A stretch of DNA of 57,775 bases, the filler included, from Sphacelaria rigidula (taxonomy: Eukaryota): NCBI GenBank assembly GCA_964200075.2. It is 9 parts of 9 records of this genome, joined end to end, with 100 filler letters (N's around TTAATTAATTAA, not from the genome) between each part and the next. Parts side by side here need not be neighbours in the genome. Positions count along the whole stretch, not along the records: positions 38,586 to 44,915 come from CAXNAA020020736.1; positions 45,016 to 51,345 come from CAXNAA020020737.1; positions 51,446 to 57,775 come from CAXNAA020020738.1; 6 more parts are not named here. One strand, 5' to 3'. Both the position numbers and the translations under genes were made by a program. Shown here in pieces: positions 38,486 to 52,240 of this stretch. Positions within the stretch are counted from its first letter, which is position 1, and each line of letters opens with the position of its first letter. The notes beneath the pieces are model-generated. The model was given only the letters and a program-made list of their open reading frames with translations. It ran no database searches and had not been told where the DNA came from.

Positions 38486-39776
38486 NNNNNNNNNNNNNNN
38501 NNNNNNNNNNNNNNNNNNNNNNNNNNNNNTTAATTAATTAANNNNNNNNNNNNNNNNNNNNNNNNNNNNNNNNNNNNNNNNNNNNTAAATTACCAATTCA
38601 AACAAGATTAATTGTAAAGGAACAAAGGAGTTAAAACATGAGTTTACCAACAATTTCATAAATAAAACTTTTAAAACCAGAAGATTTAAAAAAATAATTC
38701 TTGAACATAACAAACAATTATTTATGTCACGCTTAAACCGTCAAACGAAACATATATTGGATAATGATAATTTTAAAACTGTTAAATTATTGTTATCCAA
38801 TTGCTTTATGAAATTCGGAACAGTATTACGCAGGCCACTCACCGGCCCATGTTTGGTTTTGGTGTATTGAAATTTTGTGTGGGCGCTCTCTAAGGCATAG
38901 TTACCAAAACAAAGCGGGTCAGGTTGCTTTTTTTCATTTTTTTCACTGGTTTAGGGCGTTCTACTATGGTAACGACCATTTCTCCACGAGAACGCCCTAA
39001 CCTCTCTGAAAAAAAATGAAGGGCCCATTTTTTTTTTTATTCGGCACTCTTTTGTGGTTCTCTACACCAAAATTCGTCGCCATCCGCTAAGTGCATCGAT
39101 CGGGAGTTTCATAGAGATTTTTGTATTGGTGCTATCTCCCGTAGGTATAGAAATTACCAGAGACATGGGGTTTAATCAATGAGAAAATACAGGCCCAAAC
39201 TTTTGAGCGATGGGCACCTTCCCTTTGATTAGCCGATTAATACGATGCGCGGATCACGGCCCAACTCGTCTGTGTCGATGAGATATTGCTTTTCGAGCTT
39301 AAATCCGTTGTTAGGCTGTCCCAGCTCGTATAAATTGGGGGGAAAATATGAAAATCAAATATCGTAGATTAGCTTCAGTTTATGATTTACAAATTTACAA
39401 AGTTTCGAATTATTTAACAAATCGTCTGCAGGTTGAGGCGTTTTTTTCAGAAATGAAGCCAAATTGCGCCACATTTTTCGCCTCCGGCGACGCCTCCAGC
39501 GGCGCCCCCTCACCAGCCGGGGGGGGGCGTTGGGGGCTCGCTGCGCTCGCCAATATCGATAGCGACCGCGTATCGACTCGATTATTGGTTCGATATGCAA
39601 CACTAGATCGGAAGAATCGAGCTCCAGTTAAAACGTTTTTTTACTTGAACAGAAGCACTGATTGATTCATTGATTGATTGACGCACTTCAAGTGATCCCC
39701 CGGGGATCCAGCCGTGTGGTCACATGATAGACGTACTATTTGCAGGAAAAACGCGAAGGACGACCCACCCTACAGA

Positions 39777-40151
39777 GTGTGTGTGTGTGTGTGTGTTGTG
39801 TGTTGTCGTCCCATTTATTTTGGGCGCCGGTCTACATCTTTCGGCATATGTAGGCGCACCAGCCGGGGTCACACAGGAGGAAGGTCAACTCAGGAGTTTT
39901 TTCTTCTTTGTTTGTTTTTAGTGCCCCACCTTCCTCCTGCGGTGCTTGCCTTTCTTTGTTATCGCGAGAGGGGTTCAGCAGTCCTTTCCCTCATCGACCG
40001 GTGAGTCGAATTTTGTGTACCCACAACATAGTCGCTCTCCACTGCTGGGCAATGTATGGGAAAAAATCCTAGACCGCTCCAGGAATTAAACCTCACTACT
40101 CAACTGGCAGAGGGTTTCGAGGTTACCAACTGAGCCACCGGGGCGACCGGC
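39777..40151 (-). mobile_element. Full-length tRNA-derived SINE
   Basis: Reverse complement starts GCCGGTCGCCCCGGTGGCTCAGTTGGTAACCTCG (A-box TGGCTCAGTTGG) and is colinear with the 26937 copy down to the (CA)n tail. Confidence 0.85.
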
Positions 40152-41274
40152 TAGTCTTCGAAAATAGACGGGCAATGAATGGGACAGGTTAGGAAGGAGT
40201 AGCTTGAGGTGGAATCAATCTGGTCCGAAAAGCTCTAAAACGTGGTGGTGAGTGCCGCGAAGAATAGAGACAGAGATAGGTTTGTTAGCAGTGACATGTT
40301 AATGTGATCACGTTAGAGGTATCTTGAACTCAAGTTTCCCGGTATATTTCAACACAAAATTAGCATATCGGGAAACCTCGAGGTTGAGATACCTCTTGTG
40401 TACATCAAAGGACAATACGAATGAACCTATCGGGGAGCCAGGGACCAACGGTGTAGGATCCGGGTCCTAGAACACGAACACAAGAGAGTGATAATAAGAG
40501 GCGAATTGAGCCCATCTCCTGGCAGCACCTAGCACACCTCTGAGCTGACTGTCACATACAACAAGCACAGGCACAGATATCCAACTGATACGGGCCTGTA
40601 ACGCTTTTCCTCCATCCAGGTGTGTGTCTGTTATGTACCCTGCTGCCCTGAATCCCTTGGGCCTTTCCCTTCTTCTCCCCCCCCCCCCCCCCGCCTTTTT
40701 TTCCCATCGTTCCATTGTATTTCATTTTATTTGCTCTGTACTTTCCTCTCCTTTTCCTCAATTCTTGTTTTAGGTCGGCCATTTCTTTCTGTGCTTTGCT
40801 TGTGTTTGCTTGTGTTGACTTTTCATTACTTTTTTTTCATACGACTTAGTCTGCTATGTCGTTCTGTTCGACCCTTTTTGTGTGTCTTCTTTTGGTCCCT
40901 TATTTTTTTTTAGCGTGTTTCGGTTTCGTTTTTCTTGGGTACGGTACGTCTACCATGAGACCACGGCTGGACCCCTGGGATGTCGGTTAAAGTGCGACAA
41001 TCAAATCCCCGATGGTGCTCGTTTGTTTTTGCAGTTTAAAAAAACAAAAATACTGACAAGTCACTTACTGCAACTGGGCGTCCAGGGAAGCGGGAAAGTG
41101 TCCTAGATAGGCCTTGGAAAAAAGCCCAACCCACACTTAGGCGAGAAATACCAGGTTCGTGCATTTGGGGGCAGAAGTTCGTGGGAAAGTATCGAACCCA
41201 CTTTCTCCAACTAAAACAAGAGTTTTCTGTGTACAAAGTTTCCCCGACGACGAAAACTAGATGGTGGAAAAACA

Positions 41275-41352
41275 AATCGTGTCGGGATTTGAACTCGTGA
41301 CCTCCGCCACTGGAGTCCCCGGTATCAGTTACGCCATCGGAGCGCAGCGGTG
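41275..41352 (-). other. tRNA-like head (second SINE family or pseudo-tRNA)
   Basis: A-box-like TGGCGTAACTGA and B-box GAGTTCAAATCC followed by a T-run. A similar degenerate head lies at ~11738-11810(-). Confidence 0.45.
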
Positions 41353-41857
41353 TCACACACAAAAAATAACGCGCGGACTAATCTTGGGGGAGTTTGAGCC
41401 CAAATTTACAAGTATTTTTCGTGCGTGAGTAAAAAAATCGTGATTGGAGATACCGCCGTTTTGTTTTTTCGTAGAGTTATGACATATTCTAGTTTCTGGT
41501 GAAATTTCAAATCGCTCCAACTATCTGATTTCATTTTCTTATTTTCTCGGGGAAATGTTTCTTTTGTTGATGAATAATGTTTTCGTGATATTGAGAGCCC
41601 AGGATATGATTGAGAGTGAGAAGCGGGCAACTAATGAGTGAAATATTTCAGCTCCGAAATGACCCTCCACGAGGCCCGATAAACTTTCTGTAGTAGCTTG
41701 CCACTGGAGCCTTTGAAATCCCCGAGCATGTTATCGCCGTGCAGCTGAAAGCACATGAACCGGTTACAGGGAAAGAAAAGCGCACACAAGATGAATATAT
41801 GGCCAGGTTGAAGCGAAAAATGATACTCGCTTTCCATCAACGAAAAAAATTCTCAAC

Positions 41858-42213
41858 AATAGCCGATCATCGAAATTGAGGATGGAGCTCTTCATGTTGG
41901 ATGATAACCCGACAATTTAAATCTTCCCATCCTCACCAATTCTTGAAGATATGTAGCTCATGACAACAACTACAGGTCATACAAATTCGACGTCCGATGA
42001 CCGAAATCAATCCGGTCGGATCACGTTAGTCAGGGAGGTCCTAGGTGAAATCAGAATACAAATATAGGTGACGTGTAGTGCTGGTCAAAAGCCACCAGCA
42101 GATGAAGGAATGGAACCTTATCTTGAAGAACTGATGTGGATGCAAAGAGTTGAATATACCCGGTCATCATCCTCAATGAAAAGCTCCATCCTCAATTTCG
42201 ATGATCGGCTATT
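41858..42213. mobile_element. MITE with ~55-bp TIRs
   Basis: AATAGCCGATCATCGAAATTGAGGATGGAGC.. and its reverse complement ending at 42213; a related end at ~51464-51516. Confidence 0.8.
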
Positions 42214-43452
42214 CAATTTAACGAAAATATCGTCAAGAGTCAAAATGTCGTGCCAATTTTCAGCGTCTAACCTCTCAAATTAAGCCGCGCATCATCGATC
42301 AGCCGTAAACGGAAAACAAAAACTGTTTGATAGCCCAGCGCGCAGCATGACCGACGTGCCAAAACAACATCACGTGAAATATATTAGCATGATACATATG
42401 TATATATGGAGAGGGAGAAATATTTTGTCTCTCCCTTGTACCCTGGCCTAGACCAGATTGTGCCCAGCACTATTATTTTCGCTGTGTTTTCGCCAATGCG
42501 ACCAGTCCACACACGCACACCTACAATAACATGTAGTGACCTTTCCAGGTAGGACCGAGAAAGTGATGAAGGGAGATAACGCGGGGAAAACAACTCTCCG
42601 TTATCCTACCGAAAACTGCAAAACAAAAGTTTGGCCAACCCTGATTCATTTTACGACTTTTCCTCTACCCTGGCTTGGGGTAGTTAGCCTGTGACCACAG
42701 AAGGCGTCCGCATTCGATGCCCACTACAGAGCACTGCGCAGATATCGGAACGATTTTTAATGTGAAGACAACACCAACACCAACACCAACACCAACAACA
42801 ACAACAACAACAACAACCCCCCATACGCACACCTGATCACCTTGTAGGGGTGATCCCTCAGAAAATGGGGAATTCGAACAAGCAATGGGACCCCTACCAT
42901 CCACTCATAGAATGGACGATCCACGGCACCACCAGTGACGTCATCAACCCCTCTCCAATCATTACTTCCGGGGACTTCACCACCACCACGACGGAGAAGG
43001 AGAAGCAGAACCCCCCCCTGTCTCTCCTACACGCACTCTCTCTCACTCATTCTCCTCGACACTCTCAACGTCTCAGACTCAAAGGCCTCACAATCGATCC
43101 CCCCCCCCCTTCTGCCTTGCTGGCAGTAGCACGGCATCGCAGCCGTTACCTCCTCCACATACTAAATATTCACACGTGCATGCAGTAGTGATTCTCGATC
43201 GGCATCAGCAAACAATCGGTCAGCCGACTCCTGAGTTTGTGCTGGGGTCACTCATTGGGGTGCAGGCAGTGCGGTACAGGCTACACCAGCACAGCAAACA
43301 AAGCTCAAAGTGCGCGACTTTATTCATCATCATCTCGAACCGGAAAGGCTTCAAATTGCGAACCCCGCAGCTGGGCAGCAGTCCCCAGCAGACCACAACG
43401 TAGGACTATTGAACACACTCCAACATATTTCCTGCCACGGGATACCACAAAC

Positions 43453-43951
43453 TAATGTTGGATATCGTGTGGGAAGTTTCGATACATCGTATTGAAATTT
43501 CGTTATTTTATCGTATCCAACACATTTGGATAAGACGAGAACATTGTGTCGAATCTGGACACGTTTTCTCCTAGGCTGGGAGACCTTCATTACGCCGATT
43601 CCGATGGGAAATGAAGCCATGTATACCCATTTTCCTCCCTCCGGCGGCGTCTGCCGCGGGGCCCCTTCACGAGCCGAGGGGGTGTACACATGATCATCCA
43701 TGCCGTAGTCTCAAAACCATTGACATCGCAGCCCTACCAAGCCGGGATGGAGCACGCCAGGTTTTCGCCGGACCAGGCTCGCACTCAATCACCACGCGCG
43801 AGGGGGGGGGGGTTGGGAACTCGCACAGCAAGCGGACTCGCTACGCTGGCCGCGGTTTGGCTTCGCCGGAATTTATCGAAATTTATCGTTATCGAACGCT
43901 GAAAAAGCCGATATCGTATCGAAGTGCTAAATGGTTTGATATCCAACACTA
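43453..43951. mobile_element. hAT-type MITE
   Basis: TIR TA(A/G)TGTTGGATATC; perfect 8-bp TSD CCACAAAC (43445-52, 43952-59). Confidence 0.9.
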
Positions 43952-45799
43952 CCACAAACCCTCTCTGCTCTACAAAATACCAACGTAATGTAATCGCGAA
44001 AACAGGTCGCGTGGAGTATGTACTTTTGAATACTTGGGTAAAATACCCGATTACGTACTCTACTCAAAATTTTGGGTAGTTGAGTACGGCCTCAATACTA
44101 TACTCAAATTTTGGGTACAAAAGGCATAACTTTTCAAAAATACCGAGTATTGAGGGTATTCTACTCAACCTGCCTTTGTAAGTTCTGCTCCCACTTGATT
44201 CGACTGTGAGCACCGAAAAATCGGATCTGTTGTGGACCTGACGGCAACACGCGTGCATTGAGCGTGTACAGAACGTGCTTTTGTCTTCCGAAAGTGAGCA
44301 CAACATCGCACGGGTCGACGTCATCGCACGGGTGTGTTAAAAAACGAGGAAGACCAAATGCTGCTGATGTGATTGAATTCTCGCAGGGGGGTGCGCTGAC
44401 CAGAGTCTGGTATCAATACACCTCTCTACCCTGAATATTATACCCCGCTGTACGATATGATATCCTCTCCGTTTGACTTGCCATGATTTTCGGAGGGGTA
44501 TCCGATAAGACACTTTCTACGATGCCCCCCCCCGAAAAAAAAACAGCCCCAACTTGTCACGAAAAAGATGATCGTACCGCGCCTAATGTTTGGGTTCAGG
44601 CTGCATGAAGCGCCTCATATAGGAGTCATGCTGCGATAGGGGGGGGGGGAGTTTGGGCCGTTTTCTCCACTAATTTTCACTTGAAATTGTCGTTAATAGC
44701 AGCAACGGTTGTTTAGACGCGCTTGCTTCCGATAAGTAACGCTCGTTCATACTTTTCGACAAAGCTTTTACCCAAATACAAGCGCACCGCGAGTGTGTTG
44801 GGTCGTCTGAAGCATTGGTGAGCCCATATTTTCGTGAAATCCCCGCCCCCCCACCCCAACCACCCAACACAAAAAAAAAAAAAAAAAACAAAAAAAAAAA
44901 AAAAAAAAAAGAAAANNNNNNNNNNNNNNNNNNNNNNNNNNNNNNNNNNNNNNNNNNNNTTAATTAATTAANNNNNNNNNNNNNNNNNNNNNNNNNNNNN
45001 NNNNNNNNNNNNNNNCACTTAAAGCGAATAATCAAAGCCACTCTCAATCGTATCATCTACTCTCAATCTCACGAAAACCCTGTTATTTCATGTACTATAT
45101 TTCATATAATAAATAGGTTTATATTTTTGGTCTATATTATATACAACATATTTATATATATAATATATAAATATTCATCAAGGGGCAGTATATACTATAT
45201 TATATATTTAAATATGAATATATGTGCTAAAATATGTACGATCATTATATTATATAGTATATATAAATATGTAAAGGAGCAGAAGCAAACATACACCCCG
45301 CAAAGCCCACCAAACTTTTCGGATTTTGTCAATGTTCATTGATCAATTTCTTGCAACAAAGTAAACAGGGGAAAAAAAAAATCAGGATCATTTTGATTGT
45401 CGAAAAAATGCCCTTCGGCACCTGAAGTCATCGGGACAGAACGGGCAAGGAGCAGAAGCAGATATACGAACCCCACAAAAGCCCATCAGACTTTTCGGTT
45501 ATTTTCAGCGTTCAGTGAAAAATTACTTGTAACAAAATTAACAGAAATAATCGAAACATTGTTTAGTGATCAATTCCTTGAGACAAACTTGACAAGAACA
45601 AAATCGAAAAAATCATGACAATTTTCGAAAAAATGCCCTCCGAAGGGGGGGGGGGGGGGGGCAAACAAACGGGCACACAAAAAAAAANNNNNNNNNAAAA
45701 AAAAAAAAAAACACAGAAAAATAACGGGGGGGGGGGCCCCGGGGGGGGGGGGGGGGGGGCTACCGTACGTGTCCCGAAAAAAATTCGACTGCCCCTTGC

Positions 45800-46034
45800 G
45801 TGGGTACAGAAAAATCGACTTAATTAACGGTCGACGAGGGAAAGGGACTGCTAAACCCCTCTCGCGATGAAAAATATAGACAAGCACCACAGAAGGAAGG
45901 TGGAGTACCAAAAACAAACACAAAATGAAAAACTCCTGTGTTGACCTTCCTCCTGTGTGACCCCGGCTGCTGCGCCCACATATACCGAAAGGTGCAGACT
46001 GGCGCCCAGAATAAAAGGGATGACAACACACAAC
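45800..46034 (+). mobile_element. 5'-truncated SINE copy
   Basis: GTGGGTACA..ACGGTCGACGAGGGAAAGGG..CTGGCGCCCAGAATAAA..ACAACACACAAC. Confidence 0.8.
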
Positions 46035-46350
46035 ATATATTCATGATCGGCACCAAACCACAGTCGTTGCGCGGTCGTTGAGAGTTTTTCGCTGTCCGTG
46101 ACGGAGAACACGACCGTCGATGTAAATAATTTGATTGAACGGGTTTTATCGAGTTCAATGTGGAGGCTACGCCGTGGGCGTGGAGCCATATATCCCCATA
46201 TGATGGGCACCAAATCACAGTATTGGCAGTTGCTCGGTGGTCGAGATTTTTCGCTGTTCGTCACGTAGAAAATGACCAAAACTTATTTGTAATTTAATTC
46301 AACTCATTTCATTTCATTCAATGTAGAGGTCACCTTATGGGCGTGGAGAC
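46035..46350. repeat. Two diverged ~160-bp tandem units
   Basis: ATGAT.GGCACCAAA.CACAGT..TTTTTCGCTGT..TTCAATGT.GAGG..TGGGCGTGGAG occurs twice. Confidence 0.75.
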
Positions 46351-46813
46351 TCCGCGTTGCACACCGTTAGGCGTCGATAACGGGTGTTTCTGAAAGCACC
46401 GACACAATTTCAACTCAAAGTACACATCTTTTCGGTGTACGTGCAGTCATTTGCTGCTATTTATCGTGAAGGTTGGCGGCTCTAACTGTTGACTATTGTA
46501 GCAGCAGGCCTATAACTGCCGTTAGCCTGATACTGCTGGGCGTATGCGGTGACAACAGCACAGTGCAGAGAACTGTGACCCCGCTGGCTTCGCTTCGGCC
46601 GGGAACGTGCAGATCACCAAGGAAGTCCATAGAGAGAATCTACCGGCGGCCGTCGAAGAGGAAGGTGTTGGTCTGCTTGCGAGTCCCGGGGGGTTGAGAT
46701 CTGTTAGTCGGGGCGTGAAGCAAGAGGGAAAAGCTTGCTGTTTTCCTGCGTGCTACTCTCTACCCATATATCAAATACTCGATTCAACTGGCGACAGCAC
46801 TGTTGGCCCAACC

Positions 46814-49800
46814 ATGCCGAAAAACAAGAAGACCAAGAAGGACAAACATGTACCAGATCAAGCGCCATCGCCGACTGCAGGAGCATCAGTTGCAAAATTA
46901 CCGGCCGCCGACAACCCGAAGAAAGCATCCAAGGTCAAGAAAAAGGCAACTGCGGCGGTGGTGACTTCTGCGGCTTCAGAAGCAACCACTTCAAAACCAG
47001 CCAAGACCAGCAAGAAGAGCGCAGCCGCCGCACGCGTAGCAGCATCAGCGGCATCCACGTCGGCCGCCGCCGCTGCTGCGGCAACGAATGGTTCAGACGG
47101 TCACAACGTAGATGCCAACGGTGCTGGCTTGACTACGCCTCCAACAAAGCGGAAGAAGAAGAAGCAGCAGCAGCAAACTGTCATGGCCGCCGCTGCCCCT
47201 GCTCCGACAGCCCCGTCGTCTCCTGCATCTAGCAGCAAAATCTCGAAGCCCAAGGCACCCACCGCAGCGAAGATCCCCAAGCCCACGGCGGCCTCCGTAG
47301 CAAAGATCCCCAAGCCCACGGCAGCCACGGCGGCAAAGATCCCCAAGCCCACGGCGACCACCGCGGCGAAAATACCCGTCCCCTCCGTGTCAAAACCCTC
47401 GCCGATAGCTGGTAAGCCTAAGGGAAAACGCAAGGCTAATCCCGCGACTACTGATGTACCTCTCCGCAGGGCAGCGCCGGCCTCCCCCGCGAAAATTTTG
47501 GCTGCGGCCACCAACACCGTTGCGCCGCCACCCACCGCCTCCGTGGCGGTCGGGTCTGGCACGTCCAAGAAAAAGAAACGCGCTCTTCCTGCGGTAGGTG
47601 CTACGGGTGTTGAAGGGGGAACAGGGGTAGAAGGAGCGACAGGTAGTGGGGCGGGGACAGCGGCGGCGGTCACATCACCGAAGAAGAAGAGGAAGCAGAG
47701 TGACAAAAAAGCATCTACCATCATCGTAGCCACCAACGGAAAGGTGCCGCCGGTTTCGCAGGTGATGCCGCCGGCAGCGGCGACCGTGACATCCTCCCCG
47801 AAAAAGACAAAAACAACAGCAGCACCAGCTAAAGCAGCAGCGACGGAGGCGGTAGCGGCAGCGGCCGACCCGCCATCCACCTCCCCCCCCTGTTCTTCAT
47901 CAGTTGGTGACAAAAATTCTGGAGCAGCAACCGATAACCAGGGCGGTGGCAATTCCAACAGCGGCAAGCAAGCAAGGAAGCGGAAATCTCCCGTCGAGGC
48001 TGAGGTGGCGGCGGCGGCAGCGATGGACACAACGGAGGGCTCGATTTCGAAAAAGGTGAAGGTTGGTGGCGCCGCAAAGCCCGCCGGATGTACTCAGTAG
48101 CACAAGCCAGGCGCACAGTGCGCGAAGACTTCGGGGCGCGCAGGTAGCGCTGAGTTCATGTTGTGAATGCGATGGCGAATTCCAGCCGCAATGCCTCGGG
48201 CCGCCGCGGACGCGGAAGAAGTGGGGAAATCGGGTGTGCGTTGACTGCAAAGAGGGGAAGAATGTCGGGACCGACGATTCAGTAATTGCTATTTTGTGCG
48301 TACGGTTGTCCCGAAGTGTGATGTTTGTCTTCGTGCACGCCCACGAACGTTTCGTCCATTGATGTGCTCTACACGTGAATTTATGTTGAGCAACGTGGTC
48401 TGGCGCAGAAGTGCTGCGATATACTGCAACGTCCTGCGATGTAACACATGCCTATGGTTCTTGAGACCTCGCCCCCTTTCCCCCCCCCCCCGCCCCCGCC
48501 CCCTCCCTTCTCTCCTAAAAACAGCTGGTATGCCCGGAATGCGGACTGGATGTCGGTGACGGTACGGCGTTCTGGTCTGCGCCGATGATGAACCGTCCTA
48601 AAGGGAGTTCTCATAAGCTCCCTGGGTCCCCGGGAGATCCGGAAGTGGTGAACGATTGGGTATGCTATCTATGCGAGTGCGCTCCATTGGGCGCGCCGCC
48701 AGGGGATGATAATCCAAGACAGATGGCCGAGCTTGAGTGGTCGGACGACTTTAAGCCGCCGTCGAAGTCGAACCTGAAGAAATTTTGGGGAGCGGAGCAC
48801 GCGAAAGCGGCCGCTGATTATGCTGCGAAGCTCGAGGCGGACGAGCAACTTGAAGCGGAGAGGAGGCTAACGGAGGAGGCGGACAAAATGGCGAGCGTGC
48901 AGACGACGACGATGAAGGCGGGTGCGGGGTCGACTACCGTGCAGGTGAGAGGATACACTGGTGAGGGAAGTTGGGGAAGGGGTTGCAGGGGTTGATGCGT
49001 GTGCGGCACCGGAGTAGACTTCATCAAGCGCAGGCGGATTCTCCTTTTTGTTGCCTGTTGCCTTCGTGACTTCCCTGTTCAGTACGTATTTTCGTCACTT
49101 CTTCCGTTCCCTGTACGACCCTGATCGGTGGGTGTTGTTCACTCTCATGCACAAAAACCATGGTGCGTGAGTAGTACAATGCACGCAAGGAAATTCTCAT
49201 CAATTGCGGGAAAAGAACGGAAGCGACGTCAAATCTCAACGTCAAATCTCAATCAATGAGTAATACTTGGTTCCGAAACATGCGAGGGCTTAACACTGAT
49301 TTGACTTGACTTTTGGATAGGGCGCCCCAGGTGGTCCCCGTCCCCCACGGTATCGTAGTACTAGCCAGGCCCAAACTTTTGGCGTGAAACGTGACACGAC
49401 GTGTGTAACGTGTAGGCACTCCGAAATATGTTTGCTGGGCTAGGCTCGACGTGTGCGACATGTCCTTCCTCTTTCTTTCGCTGGGTGTTTCAGGTCGAAG
49501 AAGACCCGTGGGGCGATGACACTTCAGCAGTCATGAAACCTGATGAGGAGGCGCTCATGCACATCAGCCGTATCAACGTGACCCTTTCCAAGGTATTTTG
49601 GCGCTGCGCAAATGTATTTGGGACTCCTCTTGATTTTTTCCCCGTTTTTTGCGCATTTTCCTCTGTGCCTCGCTGTCAAACGCCCCTGAACTCCCCTCTT
49701 TATTATCTGGGAAATCCCGCTGTGGATTTCAATGGAGCGTCAACGAGATTATTCACCCGCTTCAAGTTACGTGGGTCATGGTGTTGCGTTTGTTTGTCAC

Positions 49801-50610
49801 GCCCATGGATCGTTGTCTAGCATCACTCACATCCACCCACCTGTTTTTCGCGACAGCGCAGTCTCGATCAAGAAGATGAGGAAAAGTCGAGTGGGAAAAA
49901 CGTTTGAACACAGAGACGCGCCATACGTAATGCCTTTTCTTGAGCCATTAATTTCCCCGTCACACCGCATCCCTCCCCCTCTTCAACCGCAACCTCTATC
50001 CCGACAATGGGATGACTTTTGGGCACCCCTGTCCAACATTCCACACGACGCTCAGGTCATCACCAAGGCATCGAAGGAGATAGAATCCCTGCAGGCTAAG
50101 CTGCGCGCAAGCGAACAGGAGGTCGCATCCTTGCGCCTGCAGCTGAAGGCAAGATCTGCCAAGGGTACTACTTCTTCCAAGCCTTCGGCTGCTTCGAGTA
50201 GTGTCCAAGCGAGTTCGAAACGCTCGACCGGCAGCCCCTCCCACCCCGCCAAAAAATCGGGTAAGACTCCCGCCGCCGCACTCGCCATGAAAAAGGCATC
50301 GTCGGCTGGTGCCAAGGGAAAACCCAAGGCCTCTACTGCCACCGCAGCTAACGAGGAACAAGAATCCGACCCGGATTTAGATGATGACAAGCGGAAGCCC
50401 AAAGCGAGAGGTGCCGCTGGTGGCCATAGCGGTGGCAACGGCAGCGTAACCACTGGTGGGACGGCCGGCGCCGCTGTCGGCGGAGATGAAAGTAGCAGTG
50501 ACGAGGAAAGTGATGGCGAGCCAGAGATCAACGAGGAAGCTGCTGTGGGGATGGCGGCGGCCGCGGTGGGGGAGAGCAGCAGCTACGAAGACAGCTCTAG
50601 CGAGGAGTAA
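46814..50610 (+). CDS. Lys/Ala-rich putative chromatin protein with PHD-like zinc fingers, coiled coil and acidic tail. Exons ~46814-48061, 48144-48299, 48525-48944, 49494-49592, 50056-50610
   Basis: Basic N-terminus with NLS-like Lys clusters and 11-aa KIPKPTAA repeats; CCECDGEFQPQC..WGNRVCVDC; LVCPECG..DWVCYLC; KEIESLQAKLRASEQEVASLRLQL; D/E/S tail. Later introns are GT-AG, phase 0. The first junction is uncertain. Confidence 0.65.
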
Positions 50611-52240
50611 AAGCGGGGGAAGCGACCGGCGGAAATGCGGGGAGAGCGATCGAGGGGGTTGTTGGTGGGAGGCATGGAAAGCGCACTGGGAAGGTTTGAT
50701 TTTTTCTGGTTGCAGCAAATCAGATCATCTGGTATGTTTTGCTACCCCTCCCCCCCCCCGTGTTTTTCATACCCTTTACTCTTTGATGTTGCTTCTCTTG
50801 TTCTCTAGGCGTGGACGATTTATCCGTGTGCGCGCTAGAGGCTGGGGTTTTCTTGCCGTGAAGCACGGAGCATTTAAGTTACTATGATGTCTCTATCGAG
50901 TACGATGACGGCTTCCGATTCTGTATTTTTTTTTTCCTGGTTTTCAAAGCTGCGTGTGTTGCGGTTGCAGCGGCGGTGACTTCAGTGCTTAGCAGTAGAA
51001 TCAACTGTGTGCGGCGAGCGGAAGAGGCATGGAAAATCAACTCATCTGGATGGAGTACCATGGAGCAAACCAGCGGCCGCCACCGTTAGTTGCGGTAGAG
51101 ACGCACCGTTTTTACTGGAACCGCCGCCTCCATTACTCCCGCTGAAGGTCGACAGGGTGGTCAGCAGAGACATGGCGTGGGATGATGCTGATTGATTCCA
51201 TAGCGTTGGTGTCCCGAAGCGGTTATGGTGGGGTAGCTGTGTCACCATGGGTTTTGGTGTGATGGATTCAAGGGTCGGACAAATCAATGATTCGTCTGGA
51301 AATTTCTTGGTTTTAGTGTAATTGATTCGAATCGTATGAATCAATNNNNNNNNNNNNNNNNNNNNNNNNNNNNNNNNNNNNNNNNNNNNTTAATTAATTA
51401 ANNNNNNNNNNNNNNNNNNNNNNNNNNNNNNNNNNNNNNNNNNNNTACGAAGATTTTAATCCTCCGGGTTCTCATCCTCAATCAATAGCACCATCCTCAA
51501 CATAGATGATTGGCTGTTAGCAGCAGTACGGCCACAAAAGTTGCTCATGCCGAAAGATCTTCCCGACAAGAAAAACAAGGACACATCTGCACCCAACGCA
51601 ACTATGAAGGTGCGGCATGTGGTGTGGAAAAAAACTCACGAAAGAGTACACCGCCCACCCAAAGGAGTGAGTGAGCAAGAATGAACCACACCCCGGTTCA
51701 CTTCCTACCGGCTACCGAGACAAGGAGAGAGAGAAACAAACGACCTCGAAAAAAAACAGGCACAGTACACCTTCCGCACAACGCATATTGTGTCCATACG
51801 TTGCAAGATCTGCACCAGCACGTACCCTGCTGTACCCCTACTGGTGCTTGGTTGATGGGTAAGGCGTGCGTGAGTGTGTCCGGAACCGGCACTGTTGAGG
51901 GTACAAAACCGTTCAAACCGGCAATACTGAGGTTCATCTTTCAGTAGTGCCGGGCGGCACTACTGCGAGCTGTGGCTGTGCCCGGAGATTTTACCGGCAT
52001 TCTATAGGTCGTTGGCACTATTCAACCGGCACTACTGAGAACCCCCCACTGTATCATGATCCACCTGCAGCTACGTACTCTGAGCTACGTAAAGAGAAGC
52101 TTTCTTCACTCGCGTGTGTGGGCAGAGATGTCACGTGTTTCCACTCGCGGTGGTTGGTCTTGATCGTTTTGCACGTTTCCGCTTGGGTGAGGTATAAACG
52201 TACGTCGTGAAGTTAGCTCCCGGGGGGGTTATACAACATA

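Noticed and set aside
47101..48030. 309-aa minus-strand ORF
   Set aside because: Antisense shadow of the K/A-rich plus-strand exon.
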